A stretch of 35,857 bases of DNA from Promethearchaeota archaeon. GTDB taxonomy: Archaea > Asgardarchaeota > Lokiarchaeia > Sigyniarchaeales > SOKP01. Of the stretch, positions 19,502-28,230 are shown in pieces (positions within the stretch are counted from its first letter, which is position 1; each line of letters opens with the position of its first letter). Where the stretch lies: the NCBI GenBank assembly GCA_030603385.1, contig JAUVXW010000040.1, positions 1 to 35,857 of the forward strand, in the 5' to 3' direction. A model generated the notes under the pieces. It was not told the origin of the DNA, searched no databases, and saw only the letters and a program-made list of their open reading frames with translations. The translations under genes and the position numbers were made by a program.

Positions 19502-20815
19502 CTACTGGTAAAAAAGTTGTTTTATCTTAGCTTGTATAATGAATTGTATCTTTCTCACGGAAATTCCAGACTCTTCACTAATTTTTTTAATATCTTCAAA
19601 TTCTGGCTTAACGTTTACTATTTCTTTACTATTTTCCAATTCAATATAAGAGACTTTAAAGTTTACACTATAATCCTTTTTATTAATTTCTATGATATGT
19701 TTTTCTATAGTTCTATCAACGCAAACACGATTAATTGTGCTATATCTTACCCCTAAAGTCCCTAATTCATGTATCATTTTTTCCATTAATTCAAATGTAT
19801 ATTTTGGGTAGCACAAAACCTTTATTATATAACTAGGTCGATTTTTTTTTGTTAAACTTGGAATTATCTGAAGATCTAAAACTTTTTCGTTTTTAAATTC
19901 ATTGAAGAAATTTCCAAGTATCTCTCCCGAGACATCATCAACATCAGTTTCTAAAATCGACACTTTATCGACATATTTCTGCATTGGATGTGTAGATTTA
20001 TAACTTTCGAGATCGTTATATTCCCCTAGAAATAATCGTTGTATATTCTGAAAATCTTTAAATGTCTTCTGTCCAGTACTATAAACTGATTTCTCAATCA
20101 TCATCTCAGGTAGATACTCCAAAAATTCAGGATTTAAACTTGTTAGTAAGGCAACTCCTGTAGGAGTTACCAATTCCGATTCTATAGGCCCTCCAAAAGT
20201 TATTAAATTTGACTTTTCTAAAATCTTTAGGGTAGCTGGTGCTGGAATTGTTAGCAGGCCATGGGCGGTATTAACTTCACCTCCTCCTAAAGGTATCTTG
20301 CTGCAATAGAATTGAATATTTTCATCAAAACCATTAATTTTATCTAGTGCACTAGTAACCCCTAAAATATCTATTAAAGTATCAATTGAGCTGAGTTCGT
20401 GTAGATGGATCTTATTAGCTAGTTTACCATGCACTTCTGCTTCTGCTTGAATTAAAGAGTTTAAAACTTGGTTAGCATAATTTTTAGCTGAATCAGAAAA
20501 AGAGTTTTCATTTAAATATTTATTTAGAGAATTTTGTAGTGTTTTTGCCGACCTATGTTCCTTATTCTCTTTAATCTCAATTTTTAACTGGTTTAGTTGA
20601 ATTCCTGATCTATGTATTTTTTTTAATTCAATAATTAATTGAGAAACACCAGGTAAATAATCTTTTAATTTTCTTAAATCTTTTAAAATTTTTTCTGGTT
20701 CAGGAACTATTCCTAACAAAGCTGCCAATAACATATCTCCAGAGATTCCAGAGCTGTTCAAATCAATATATAATATTCTCATTTTATTATTTTTTAAAAT
20801 TGGTAGGTTACTCAA
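19502..20815 (-). CDS. larC: Nickel insertase LarC (full length, single ORF)
   Basis: Motifs SGISGDM, AEAEVHG, HLHE, HG..IPAPAT, ELVTPTG, ETDVDDVSGE, KKNRP and KPEFED. The start may be the ATG at 20782. Confidence 0.94.
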   Translation of the reverse strand: MSNLPILKNNKMRILYIDLNSSGISGDMLLAALLGIVPEPEKILKDLRKLKDYLPGVSQLIIELKKIHRSGIQLNQLKIEIKENKEHRSAKTLQNSLNKYLNENSFSDSAKNYANQVLNSLIQAEAEVHGKLANKIHLHELSSIDTLIDILGVTSALDKINGFDENIQFYCSKIPLGGGEVNTAHGLLTIPAPATLKILEKSNLITFGGPIESELVTPTGVALLTSLNPEFLEYLPEMMIEKSVYSTGQKTFKDFQNIQRLFLGEYNDLESYKSTHPMQKYVDKVSILETDVDDVSGEILGNFFNEFKNEKVLDLQIIPSLTKKNRPSYIIKVLCYPKYTFELMEKMIHELGTLGVRYSTINRVCVDRTIEKHIIEINKKDYSVNFKVSYIELENSKEIVNVKPEFEDIKKISEESGISVRKIQFIIQAKIKQLFYQ

Positions 20816-20902
20816 AATTAAAGTGATAACAATTTTATAATTATATTATCTTTTTAATAATATTAAGAATTATTAAATATAAATCAATTTTAGGGCACAG
20901 CT

Positions 20903-21640
20903 ATGAGCTCAGAACTTCAAACTTTAAAATGCTACATGAATCAACTACCAGCAACAATATTAAAATTATTAAATGTTGAGCCTCCTCAAAAAACTATTCC
21001 TGAACCCGTTGAAGGAGTTCTAAACCTATATCAGGAAATAGAACGAGTAAGTATTAATTTAATTGACAACATGGGACTCTTCGAAATAACCTATATGAAA
21101 CCACAATTCATGATTAGTAACGCTGAAGTAATGTTATTGCTAAGTACAAGAAATCCTTATACCTTAGGAGTTTTACATCAATTAATATATGGTGGGTTTG
21201 ATGTGGAACCAAATGGTTTCCACCTTTTAAAATACTTAAATGAAAGCGATAAGAAATCATGTTTTATTGGGCGGAAAAAAGATTTGGACCGTTATGATGG
21301 AGGAACTAAATCTATTGCTAAAGATTCTGATATGGGTACCTGGGTGGAGTCAGCAAAGGTCATTAATAATTTCGACCTATCTTGGATGCATTACTTAGAC
21401 TTTGAGAACTTACATAAACAGCAACATCAATTAAAGCAAAGAACTCCGGAAGATTTAATAGAGAAATTATTAAATAGAACTGATAAATGGATCTTAGGTA
21501 ATTATAAGCAATTAAGGAAGAATTCACTGATGATCATAATCGGCGATCATGGTAGAAGCAAATTAAATCTGGAATTCGCAGGTAAGATTCAGCAATGGAG
21601 GGAAGCCAGCGTGCCAATCGCAATATTTATAAAAAAATGA
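20903..21640 (+). CDS. Compact alkaline-phosphatase-superfamily protein (degenerate)
   Basis: Motifs LPATIL.LL, LIDNMG, HYLDFENLH, IIIGDHG and terminal VP. Confidence 0.65.
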   Translation: MSSELQTLKCYMNQLPATILKLLNVEPPQKTIPEPVEGVLNLYQEIERVSINLIDNMGLFEITYMKPQFMISNAEVMLLLSTRNPYTLGVLHQLIYGGFDVEPNGFHLLKYLNESDKKSCFIGRKKDLDRYDGGTKSIAKDSDMGTWVESAKVINNFDLSWMHYLDFENLHKQQHQLKQRTPEDLIEKLLNRTDKWILGNYKQLRKNSLMIIIGDHGRSKLNLEFAGKIQQWREASVPIAIFIKK

Positions 21641-21673
21641 ATTTTTCCTTTTTCTAAGAAAATGAGATGATGT

Positions 21674-22216
21674 TTGTTTAAAATGGAGGAATATAAACGA
21701 TTTACAATCTCTCTTCCTGAAAAATTATATGAGCTATTTGAGACATTTAGAAACAAGTTGGGGATGTCAAGGTCAGATGCAATTCGGAAAGCAATGCATT
21801 CTTTTATGATCAGTGAAGAGAATATTCCAGTAAGCTCTGGAAATGTTGTTGGGTGTATAACAATTATTATGTCTCATGAACATCCAGATATAAAACAACC
21901 TAAACATTCTCATAATTCTTCTCATACAGCTGATCATGAGCATGATTATAGTTCTCATACAATGTATGCTAATGTTCAGCAAACAGATGAAATATTAAAG
22001 ATTGATATTCAACATCACTTTTTTGATATAATCATATCTACTATGCATATTCATTTAGAATATAGTAAATGCTTAGAAATAATCGCTGTTTCAGGACCTT
22101 ATAATCGAGTAAAAATTCTTAAAGACCGTTTGCAAAGATTGAAAAGCGTAATCTCAGTTGGATTTTTTATAATTGATAAAGAGAGCAAACAAGACTCAGA
22201 GAAAGAGAAAAAGTAA
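21674..22216 (+). CDS. nikR: NikR-family nickel-responsive regulator with His-rich insertion
   Basis: RHH domain RFTISLP...SRSDAIRKA; Ni site QHH...STMHIHL...CLEII; His-rich insert before it. Confidence 0.88.
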   Translation: MFKMEEYKRFTISLPEKLYELFETFRNKLGMSRSDAIRKAMHSFMISEENIPVSSGNVVGCITIIMSHEHPDIKQPKHSHNSSHTADHEHDYSSHTMYANVQQTDEILKIDIQHHFFDIIISTMHIHLEYSKCLEIIAVSGPYNRVKILKDRLQRLKSVISVGFFIIDKESKQDSEKEKK

Positions 22217-22450
22217 AAATAAGAATATTAAATTCCTATTCTCGAGAAAGAGTCCAAGGTATAAGGCGATTTGGGAAGGAATTTTTATTCTTTATTTATT
22301 TTTGGTTGTGTGTGTAGTTAAGTTAGAAGATAATATTTTGGTAATTTAAAACTAAATACACTGTTAAATTAGTGATTTCATTATAAATTGATTATGAGAA
22401 AAAAAATTAGATGAAAAAAAAACTTAAAATTATAAATTTAAACAAGAATT

Positions 22451-22648
22451 CTACAAATCTTTTTCTTGTACGGTTTTCCTATTATTAGCTTTGGCTCTTG
22501 CGATTGCTTTATCAAGAATTTCAATAATAGCATTGTTAAGTGCGGGACCATCTATTACGTCTCCACTTGTATTGCACTCTTTACCCTTGATATATTCTCG
22601 AACTTTACTTTTAACAAACAGAACCTCGAAACCTTCTTTTTTAGCCAT
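22451..22648 (-). CDS. Short histone-fold protein (alpha3/face-to-face-like)
   Basis: 65 aa with LFVKSKVREYIK...TSGD...KAIARAKANNRKTVQEKDL (RKTVxxxD); GGAGG RBS upstream. Confidence 0.85.
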   Translation of the reverse strand: MAKKEGFEVLFVKSKVREYIKGKECNTSGDVIDGPALNNAIIEILDKAIARAKANNRKTVQEKDL

Positions 22649-23110
22649 TTTTTTATTCCTCCTTTAATAATGATTTAAATAAAAATTCTATTTTAAATAT
22701 TAATCTATCCTTCTTATTTTTAAACTTTAAGATCTGATCATCTTAAACGATGAATAAAAACCTCCTAATTGCAATTCATGTAATTACTAAAATACGCATT
22801 TTTTGGGGCGGATTTTAAAATTAATCATAAACTTAGTAAGATATATCTAATTCCAAATTGGAAATAATGGAATTAACTCATATATAAGGATTTCTTTAAT
22901 GAAAACTATTTCTCTAAAAAAAAAATGGAACAGCAAACCTGATCTCGAAAATTTGGGTATTAAAAATAAGTGATGCCTTCCACACATTTATGATAATTTA
23001 TCCATTATCTTATTTAGTTTTCACTCGTTTAATTGATTAATTTATGGAATATATTGAGAAAAAACCGGATTGTTTAAATCGGTAATAATCTATTATCTAT
23101 GTGATAAATC

Positions 23111-24109
23111 TTGAGAAAGATCATATTTTCAAGAGCACCCGTTCGAATATGTGATATTGGGGGGTGGACTGATACTTGGTTTTGCCCGAATGGTGCTGTG
23201 TTTAATATTTGTGTTGGTCTCTATAGTTATGTTAGAATTATTCCAACTAATACTAGTAGGATAAATATTGTCTCAGAAAATCTTAATATCCATACAGAAA
23301 TTAAGAATTTTCATAATATTGAATACGATGGAAACCTTGATTTGCTAAAGGCTGCAATTAAAAGAATGAACATAAATGAGGGATTGAATATATATGTTAG
23401 AACTGAAGCCCCTCCTGGATGTGGAACGGGAACAAGTGCTAGTGTAGCAGTTGCATTAATTGCTGCTTTAGCCCAGCTTTCTAATAAAGAACTAAATCCT
23501 TCAGAAATTGCAGAATTAGCTCATAAGCTTGAGGTTGAAGAACTAAAATTAGAAAGTGGTGTTCAAGATCAATATGCGGCCGCACTTGGAGGTATTAATT
23601 TCATGGAGATTACCTATCCTGAAGTGAAAATGGTACCTCTTGAGGTTGAGAACAAAAAAATATTCGAGTTAGAAAATCAAATGATATTGGTATTTCTTAG
23701 TTCACGGAGTTCAAGTGAGATGCATAGAGCTGTTATTGTAAATTATAATAAAGGTGATAGTTCAACCCTTAAATTATTTGACACTATTAAAAGCTGTGCA
23801 TATGAAATGAAGAGAGCAATTCAATCCGACGATCTTACTTACATGGGTGAATTAATGAATAAAAATTGGGAGGCTCAGAAGCAATTACATCATTTAATGG
23901 TAAATCCTACTATTAAAAAAGCTGAACAGATAGCTACTAATAATGGTGCAATAGGGTTTAAGGTAAATGGTGCTGGGGGAGGGGGTTCAGTCTCAATTAT
24001 AGCTGGGATTGGAAAGGAGTATGTCTTAAAACAAAAATTAATTGAAAATGACTTTCAAATACTTCCAGTAAAACTAGATTTCATGGGGGTTCAAACTTGG
24101 ATTGCCTAA
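23111..24109 (+). CDS. GHMP sugar kinase (HddA/fucokinase-like)
   Basis: Motifs RAPVRI...GGWTD, PPGCGTGTSAS, GVQDQY and KVNGAGGGG. Confidence 0.9.
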   Translation: MRKIIFSRAPVRICDIGGWTDTWFCPNGAVFNICVGLYSYVRIIPTNTSRINIVSENLNIHTEIKNFHNIEYDGNLDLLKAAIKRMNINEGLNIYVRTEAPPGCGTGTSASVAVALIAALAQLSNKELNPSEIAELAHKLEVEELKLESGVQDQYAAALGGINFMEITYPEVKMVPLEVENKKIFELENQMILVFLSSRSSSEMHRAVIVNYNKGDSSTLKLFDTIKSCAYEMKRAIQSDDLTYMGELMNKNWEAQKQLHHLMVNPTIKKAEQIATNNGAIGFKVNGAGGGGSVSIIAGIGKEYVLKQKLIENDFQILPVKLDFMGVQTWIA

Positions 24110-24186
24110 TTTAACCTCAGACGTTTCTACACCTGAGTTTTAGTCAAAAGTATGTGCTTTTTATAGTTTATATATAAAACATTTAT

Positions 24187-24987
24187 ATGATTATGCAAGA
24201 TCAAGCTACCTTTCCTTCCAAGATAAAAAATTATAATGAGAGTTCATTAATACATAATTTATTTGTTTTTAATAAATCTGGTGTTTGTTTTTATGGTAGA
24301 AATTTTACAGATTATATCAAAGTTGAGAAAAACTTAATTTCTCCTTTTATTACGGCTCTAATGTCATTTGCAAAGGAGATGATTGGAAAAAAATTTAAAA
24401 TAATAGAAATGGAAGATATTAAAATCGTAATTTTTGAAAAGAATTCCCTTTATTACGGAGTTTTATGTGATACAATTGAAAATATAACATTATTGGATGA
24501 TATAATTTTAAAAATCCATCAAAGGATAGCATCTTATCTTATTAAGAATAATGTTAATATTAATGTTGAAATCATCTATGATAGTGAATTAAATGGAGTA
24601 ATCGAAGAGATTATAAGTACCGCTTTAAGTTATGACTTTGGGTCGAAAAAAGAAATAAAAGTTATTAACTTTTTAAAAGATCTAATTTCCACAGATGATG
24701 TTGATGGGATAATTCTTTTAACTGATAGAGGAAAAGTAATTTATTCCTCTTATAACAAGTTAGATTTGAAAAATTTTTTAAAAGAAGTCGATTTTCGCGT
24801 AAAAATTCATAATAATTCAATTTTAAAGTTATTTTATACTTTTAAAGACAAGAAATTTATATTTTCTGAGTATGTGCTTGATACCTATTTTGTAATATTA
24901 GTATTTAGTTCAAATGTAAAGTTTGGTTTAGCAGACCATTATTTAACTAAGGTTGTGAATAAAATTAAAAATACCACATCAAATTAA
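24187..24987 (+). CDS. Putative longin plus roadblock domain fusion protein
   Basis: N-half LFVFNKSGVCFY...LISPFITALMSFAKE (longin-like); C-half VDGIILLTDRGKVIYSS...VILVFSSNVKFGLA (roadblock-like). Confidence 0.65.
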   Translation: MIMQDQATFPSKIKNYNESSLIHNLFVFNKSGVCFYGRNFTDYIKVEKNLISPFITALMSFAKEMIGKKFKIIEMEDIKIVIFEKNSLYYGVLCDTIENITLLDDIILKIHQRIASYLIKNNVNINVEIIYDSELNGVIEEIISTALSYDFGSKKEIKVINFLKDLISTDDVDGIILLTDRGKVIYSSYNKLDLKNFLKEVDFRVKIHNNSILKLFYTFKDKKFIFSEYVLDTYFVILVFSSNVKFGLADHYLTKVVNKIKNTTSN

Positions 24988-25141
24988 GCTTGAGATCTGA
25001 TCTTCATATTTTTAAATTTTGCATTATTTGTTTATGAAAAGAATTCCTAAATAGTAGATTTTAATTTATTAATTATAAAAGTCAAATTAAAAAATCTATT
25101 AATATAATTTTAAAATAAAATTTATCTCATTGTGAAGAAAA

Positions 25142-25645
25142 ATGACAAAATCAGAAGAAAATTTAAATGCCGCATTTGCAGGTGAATCCCAAGCAAATCG
25201 TAAATATCTGGCTTTTGCTGAAAAAGCAGATAAAGAAGAATTTCCTCAAGTAGCAAAGCTTTTTAGAGCTGCTGCTGCTGCTGAAACAGTTCATGCCCAT
25301 AGCCATCTTAGAGTTCTTGGAGGCATAAAATCAACCAAGGAAAATATTCAAGCCGCTGTAGAGGGAGAGCACCATGAATTTACAGAAATGTACCCTGAAT
25401 TCATTGAAGACGCTAAAGCTGAAGATAATAAAGGTGCTGAAAGAACATTTAATTATGCTAATCAAGTGGAAAAAATTCATCATAAACTCTACGAAACTGC
25501 TTTAGAAGCAGTTGAAAATGGCAAGGATTTAGAAAAGCAAGATATTTACATTTGTCCAGTATGCGGTTACACTCATGAAGGAAAGCCACCAGAAAAATGT
25601 CCTGTTTGTGGGACATTAAAAAAAATGTTTAAAAAAATTGATTAA
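25142..25645 (+). CDS. rbr: Rubrerythrin
   Basis: Motifs AFAGESQA, E.VHA, EGEHHE..MYP, EKIH and rubredoxin CPVCG..CPVC. Confidence 0.95.
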   Translation: MTKSEENLNAAFAGESQANRKYLAFAEKADKEEFPQVAKLFRAAAAAETVHAHSHLRVLGGIKSTKENIQAAVEGEHHEFTEMYPEFIEDAKAEDNKGAERTFNYANQVEKIHHKLYETALEAVENGKDLEKQDIYICPVCGYTHEGKPPEKCPVCGTLKKMFKKID

Positions 25646-25673
25646 GAATAATTTATTTTTTTTTTAATTTATT

Positions 25674-27257
25674 TTAAATTTTCCAAGGGCTATAACACCC
25701 TTTTACTTGTAATAAATAATCATCCAATGAGAAATTGAGTGTTTTTTCAGCTTTTTTTAAAGCCCCAAAATTTGCACCATTTTGATAGTAATTTATAAGA
25801 AGATCTGAGACCCTTTGATCGCCTAAGGAGATTAATGTTTGGAGTCTTGCATTTTTTATTATCGTTTTAAAGTTCATAAATTTTATTTTAATTGAGTGTA
25901 TTCTTTTTAGTTCCTTTTCAATTTTCTGATATTTTAGAAATAGTTTGTTTAATTCTTCTTTAAGGTAAAAATTAATTTCTTTTTCATAAGGAGTATTTAA
26001 TTTTGGGATAAGAGGGTTTATATTAACTCTTAATGAGTTATTTTCAAAACCTAATTTATCTATAAATTTTAATAAATTAATTATTTCCTCTATATCTTTT
26101 TCACTTTCATTAGGTAAACCAATCAAAAAGTAAAACTTAATATTTCTTATTTCTGAATTTCTAATTTGAGATAAAACCGAAATTATTTTATCATTTGATA
26201 TCATTTTTCCTAGGGCATATCTAAGACTCTCTGATCCAGCCTCTGGAGCAACTGTAATGGTTTTTATACCTGCTGATTCAAGAATTTGAATTATTTCTGA
26301 AGTAATATGTTCTATACGTAATGAGGGTAGTGTTAATCGTTTTCCTTGATTAATTATATATTCACAGATTTGTTGGAATTTTGGATGTGAGGAAACACAA
26401 GATCCTATAAGACTAATTGTTTCAAAGTCTGAATATTGTATAGCTTTATCAATCACTTCAATTATATTTTCATAGCTTCTATTTCTAAATGGAGAATTAT
26501 GAAAGGATGATATACAAAACTTGCATTTATATGGGCAACCTCGATTTATTTCAATGAAAAAGTTACTCTCAAAAATTGGTTTCTCTCTAGATGATTTAGA
26601 AAGTAATTGATAAATTGGAGTAGGAGAATCATCTAGATTCTTGAGGACAGCTCTCTTTGGATTATGATTTAATGAAGGTATAAATAAACCATCTATTTTT
26701 TTTGCTTGATTTATAAAGTCTGAATAAGAAATCTTTTGATATTTATAATCTTTAAATAAATTGAAAAATATTTCTAAATTAGGCTCAGCATCCCCAATAA
26801 AGAAAAGATCGAATATTTTACTTAATGATATTGGATTAGATGTAATTACCGGTCCACCACCTATAATTAAAGGAAATTCCTTTTTTTCATTAGATATTAA
26901 TTCTTGCCTTTTCTGAAATTTAAGGGGGATATTTGCTTTCTCTAAAATCCAAAGAACATTCTTAAAGTCATTTTCATAATGAAGTGAAAAACCTAATATA
27001 TCAAAATCCCGGGGTAATACTTTATTTTCAATGGAACGTAGAATTCCTTCTGATGAAAAATCATTTGAAGCGGGGAATTTAATCTTTTCTGGTAAAAATA
27101 TACGTTCACAAGCAATATTTTCAAAAGAATTTATTATATGATAGAGTAGTCTAATAGAATACGATGACATCCCTATCTTGTAAACATTAGGATAAATTAA
27201 TCCGAAAGAATAATCTATTGTACGCCAATCCTTAATAATTAAATTTTCAGAAAACAT
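25674..27257 (-). CDS. Radical SAM protein with B12-binding-like N-terminal domain (COG1032/TIGR03960-like)
   Basis: Motifs YPNVY.IGMS, CERIF, GGP, EINRGCPYKCKFC, PSLR, APEAGSE and YFLIGLP.E. Confidence 0.88.
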   Translation of the reverse strand: MFSENLIIKDWRTIDYSFGLIYPNVYKIGMSSYSIRLLYHIINSFENIACERIFLPEKIKFPASNDFSSEGILRSIENKVLPRDFDILGFSLHYENDFKNVLWILEKANIPLKFQKRQELISNEKKEFPLIIGGGPVITSNPISLSKIFDLFFIGDAEPNLEIFFNLFKDYKYQKISYSDFINQAKKIDGLFIPSLNHNPKRAVLKNLDDSPTPIYQLLSKSSREKPIFESNFFIEINRGCPYKCKFCISSFHNSPFRNRSYENIIEVIDKAIQYSDFETISLIGSCVSSHPKFQQICEYIINQGKRLTLPSLRIEHITSEIIQILESAGIKTITVAPEAGSESLRYALGKMISNDKIISVLSQIRNSEIRNIKFYFLIGLPNESEKDIEEIINLLKFIDKLGFENNSLRVNINPLIPKLNTPYEKEINFYLKEELNKLFLKYQKIEKELKRIHSIKIKFMNFKTIIKNARLQTLISLGDQRVSDLLINYYQNGANFGALKKAEKTLNFSLDDYLLQVKGCYSPWKI

Positions 27258-28064
27258 CTATATGCTTAATTCAGATTCACGTTCAATTTTAATTTTTTTG
27301 ATTTCTTCAACAATTAAAGGTAAAATAATTCCTGTTTTATGGTTAAGCACAATTTCAGCTTTATCATCTAAATGTGTAGGCTGGTCATTTACAATTATTA
27401 GTTTACCTCCTCCGCTTAGAGTATATACAGGCAAATCACAAATTGGTGCTACAGTTAATGATGATCCCGCAATTAACATAATATCTGTTTTCTTTGCTAA
27501 ATCGATAGACATATATTTTTCAAATTTTGGGAGATCCTCACCAAATAAAACAACAGATGGTTTTAAAGGTGCGCCGCAATAATTACATAGAGGGGCTGAT
27601 TTTCTACCTTTTTTTAATTTATTTAATACTTGTTCTTTAGTATAACTAGCTCGACACCCAAGACAAGAAAACCTGTTAATGTTTCCATGAACTTCATAAA
27701 CTATTACAGCACCAGCTTTCTGGTGTAGTTCATCCACATTCTGAGTAATAATAGCTTTAATAATTCTCATTTTCTCAAGTTCAGCGAGAGCATAATGACC
27801 AGGATTTGGTTCAGCATCAAACAACGTTGGAGCGATTTCTCTTGCCATTTTCCAGAATTTGGAAGGATCTCTTAAAAAAGACTCAATATCTCCATAAATT
27901 TCTGGTTTATATTTATCCCAAATTCCATCCTCTCCCCTAAAATCAGGTATGCCAGATTCAGTTGAAATTCCGGCTCCTGTTAATATAATAGAATGCTTCG
28001 AATTTACTAATAACTCTGCAGCCTTCTTAATTTTTTCTTTTTGAGAGGTGGTTAGGGTTTTCAT
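27258..28064 (-). CDS. cobB: Sir2-family NAD-dependent protein deacylase
   Basis: Motifs TGAGISTESGIPDFRG, TQNVDELH, VHGN, CxxC...CxxC, PSVVLFGE and GSSL. Confidence 0.95.
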   Translation of the reverse strand: MKTLTTSQKEKIKKAAELLVNSKHSIILTGAGISTESGIPDFRGEDGIWDKYKPEIYGDIESFLRDPSKFWKMAREIAPTLFDAEPNPGHYALAELEKMRIIKAIITQNVDELHQKAGAVIVYEVHGNINRFSCLGCRASYTKEQVLNKLKKGRKSAPLCNYCGAPLKPSVVLFGEDLPKFEKYMSIDLAKKTDIMLIAGSSLTVAPICDLPVYTLSGGGKLIIVNDQPTHLDDKAEIVLNHKTGIILPLIVEEIKKIKIERESELSI

Positions 28065-28230
28065 TATTTAATTTTTTAAGAGTTATATAGCTAATAAATT
28101 TATATATGCGATTTAAGAAAAAATATAATGCTTCGATCTAAAAAAATTAAATAAAATTAAATTTCTTAAAAGTTATTAACGATATAAGAGCTCATTAATT
28201 ATCTTTTCAAAAATTCTTAGAGTTATTTCT

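Noticed and set aside
19502-20815. Programmed frameshift in larC as in Lactobacillus plantarum
   Set aside because: Both LarC domains are in one continuous ORF.
27258-28064. Sir2-based antiviral defence system
   Set aside because: It is a canonical Zn-binding CobB-type deacylase with no defence partner genes nearby.
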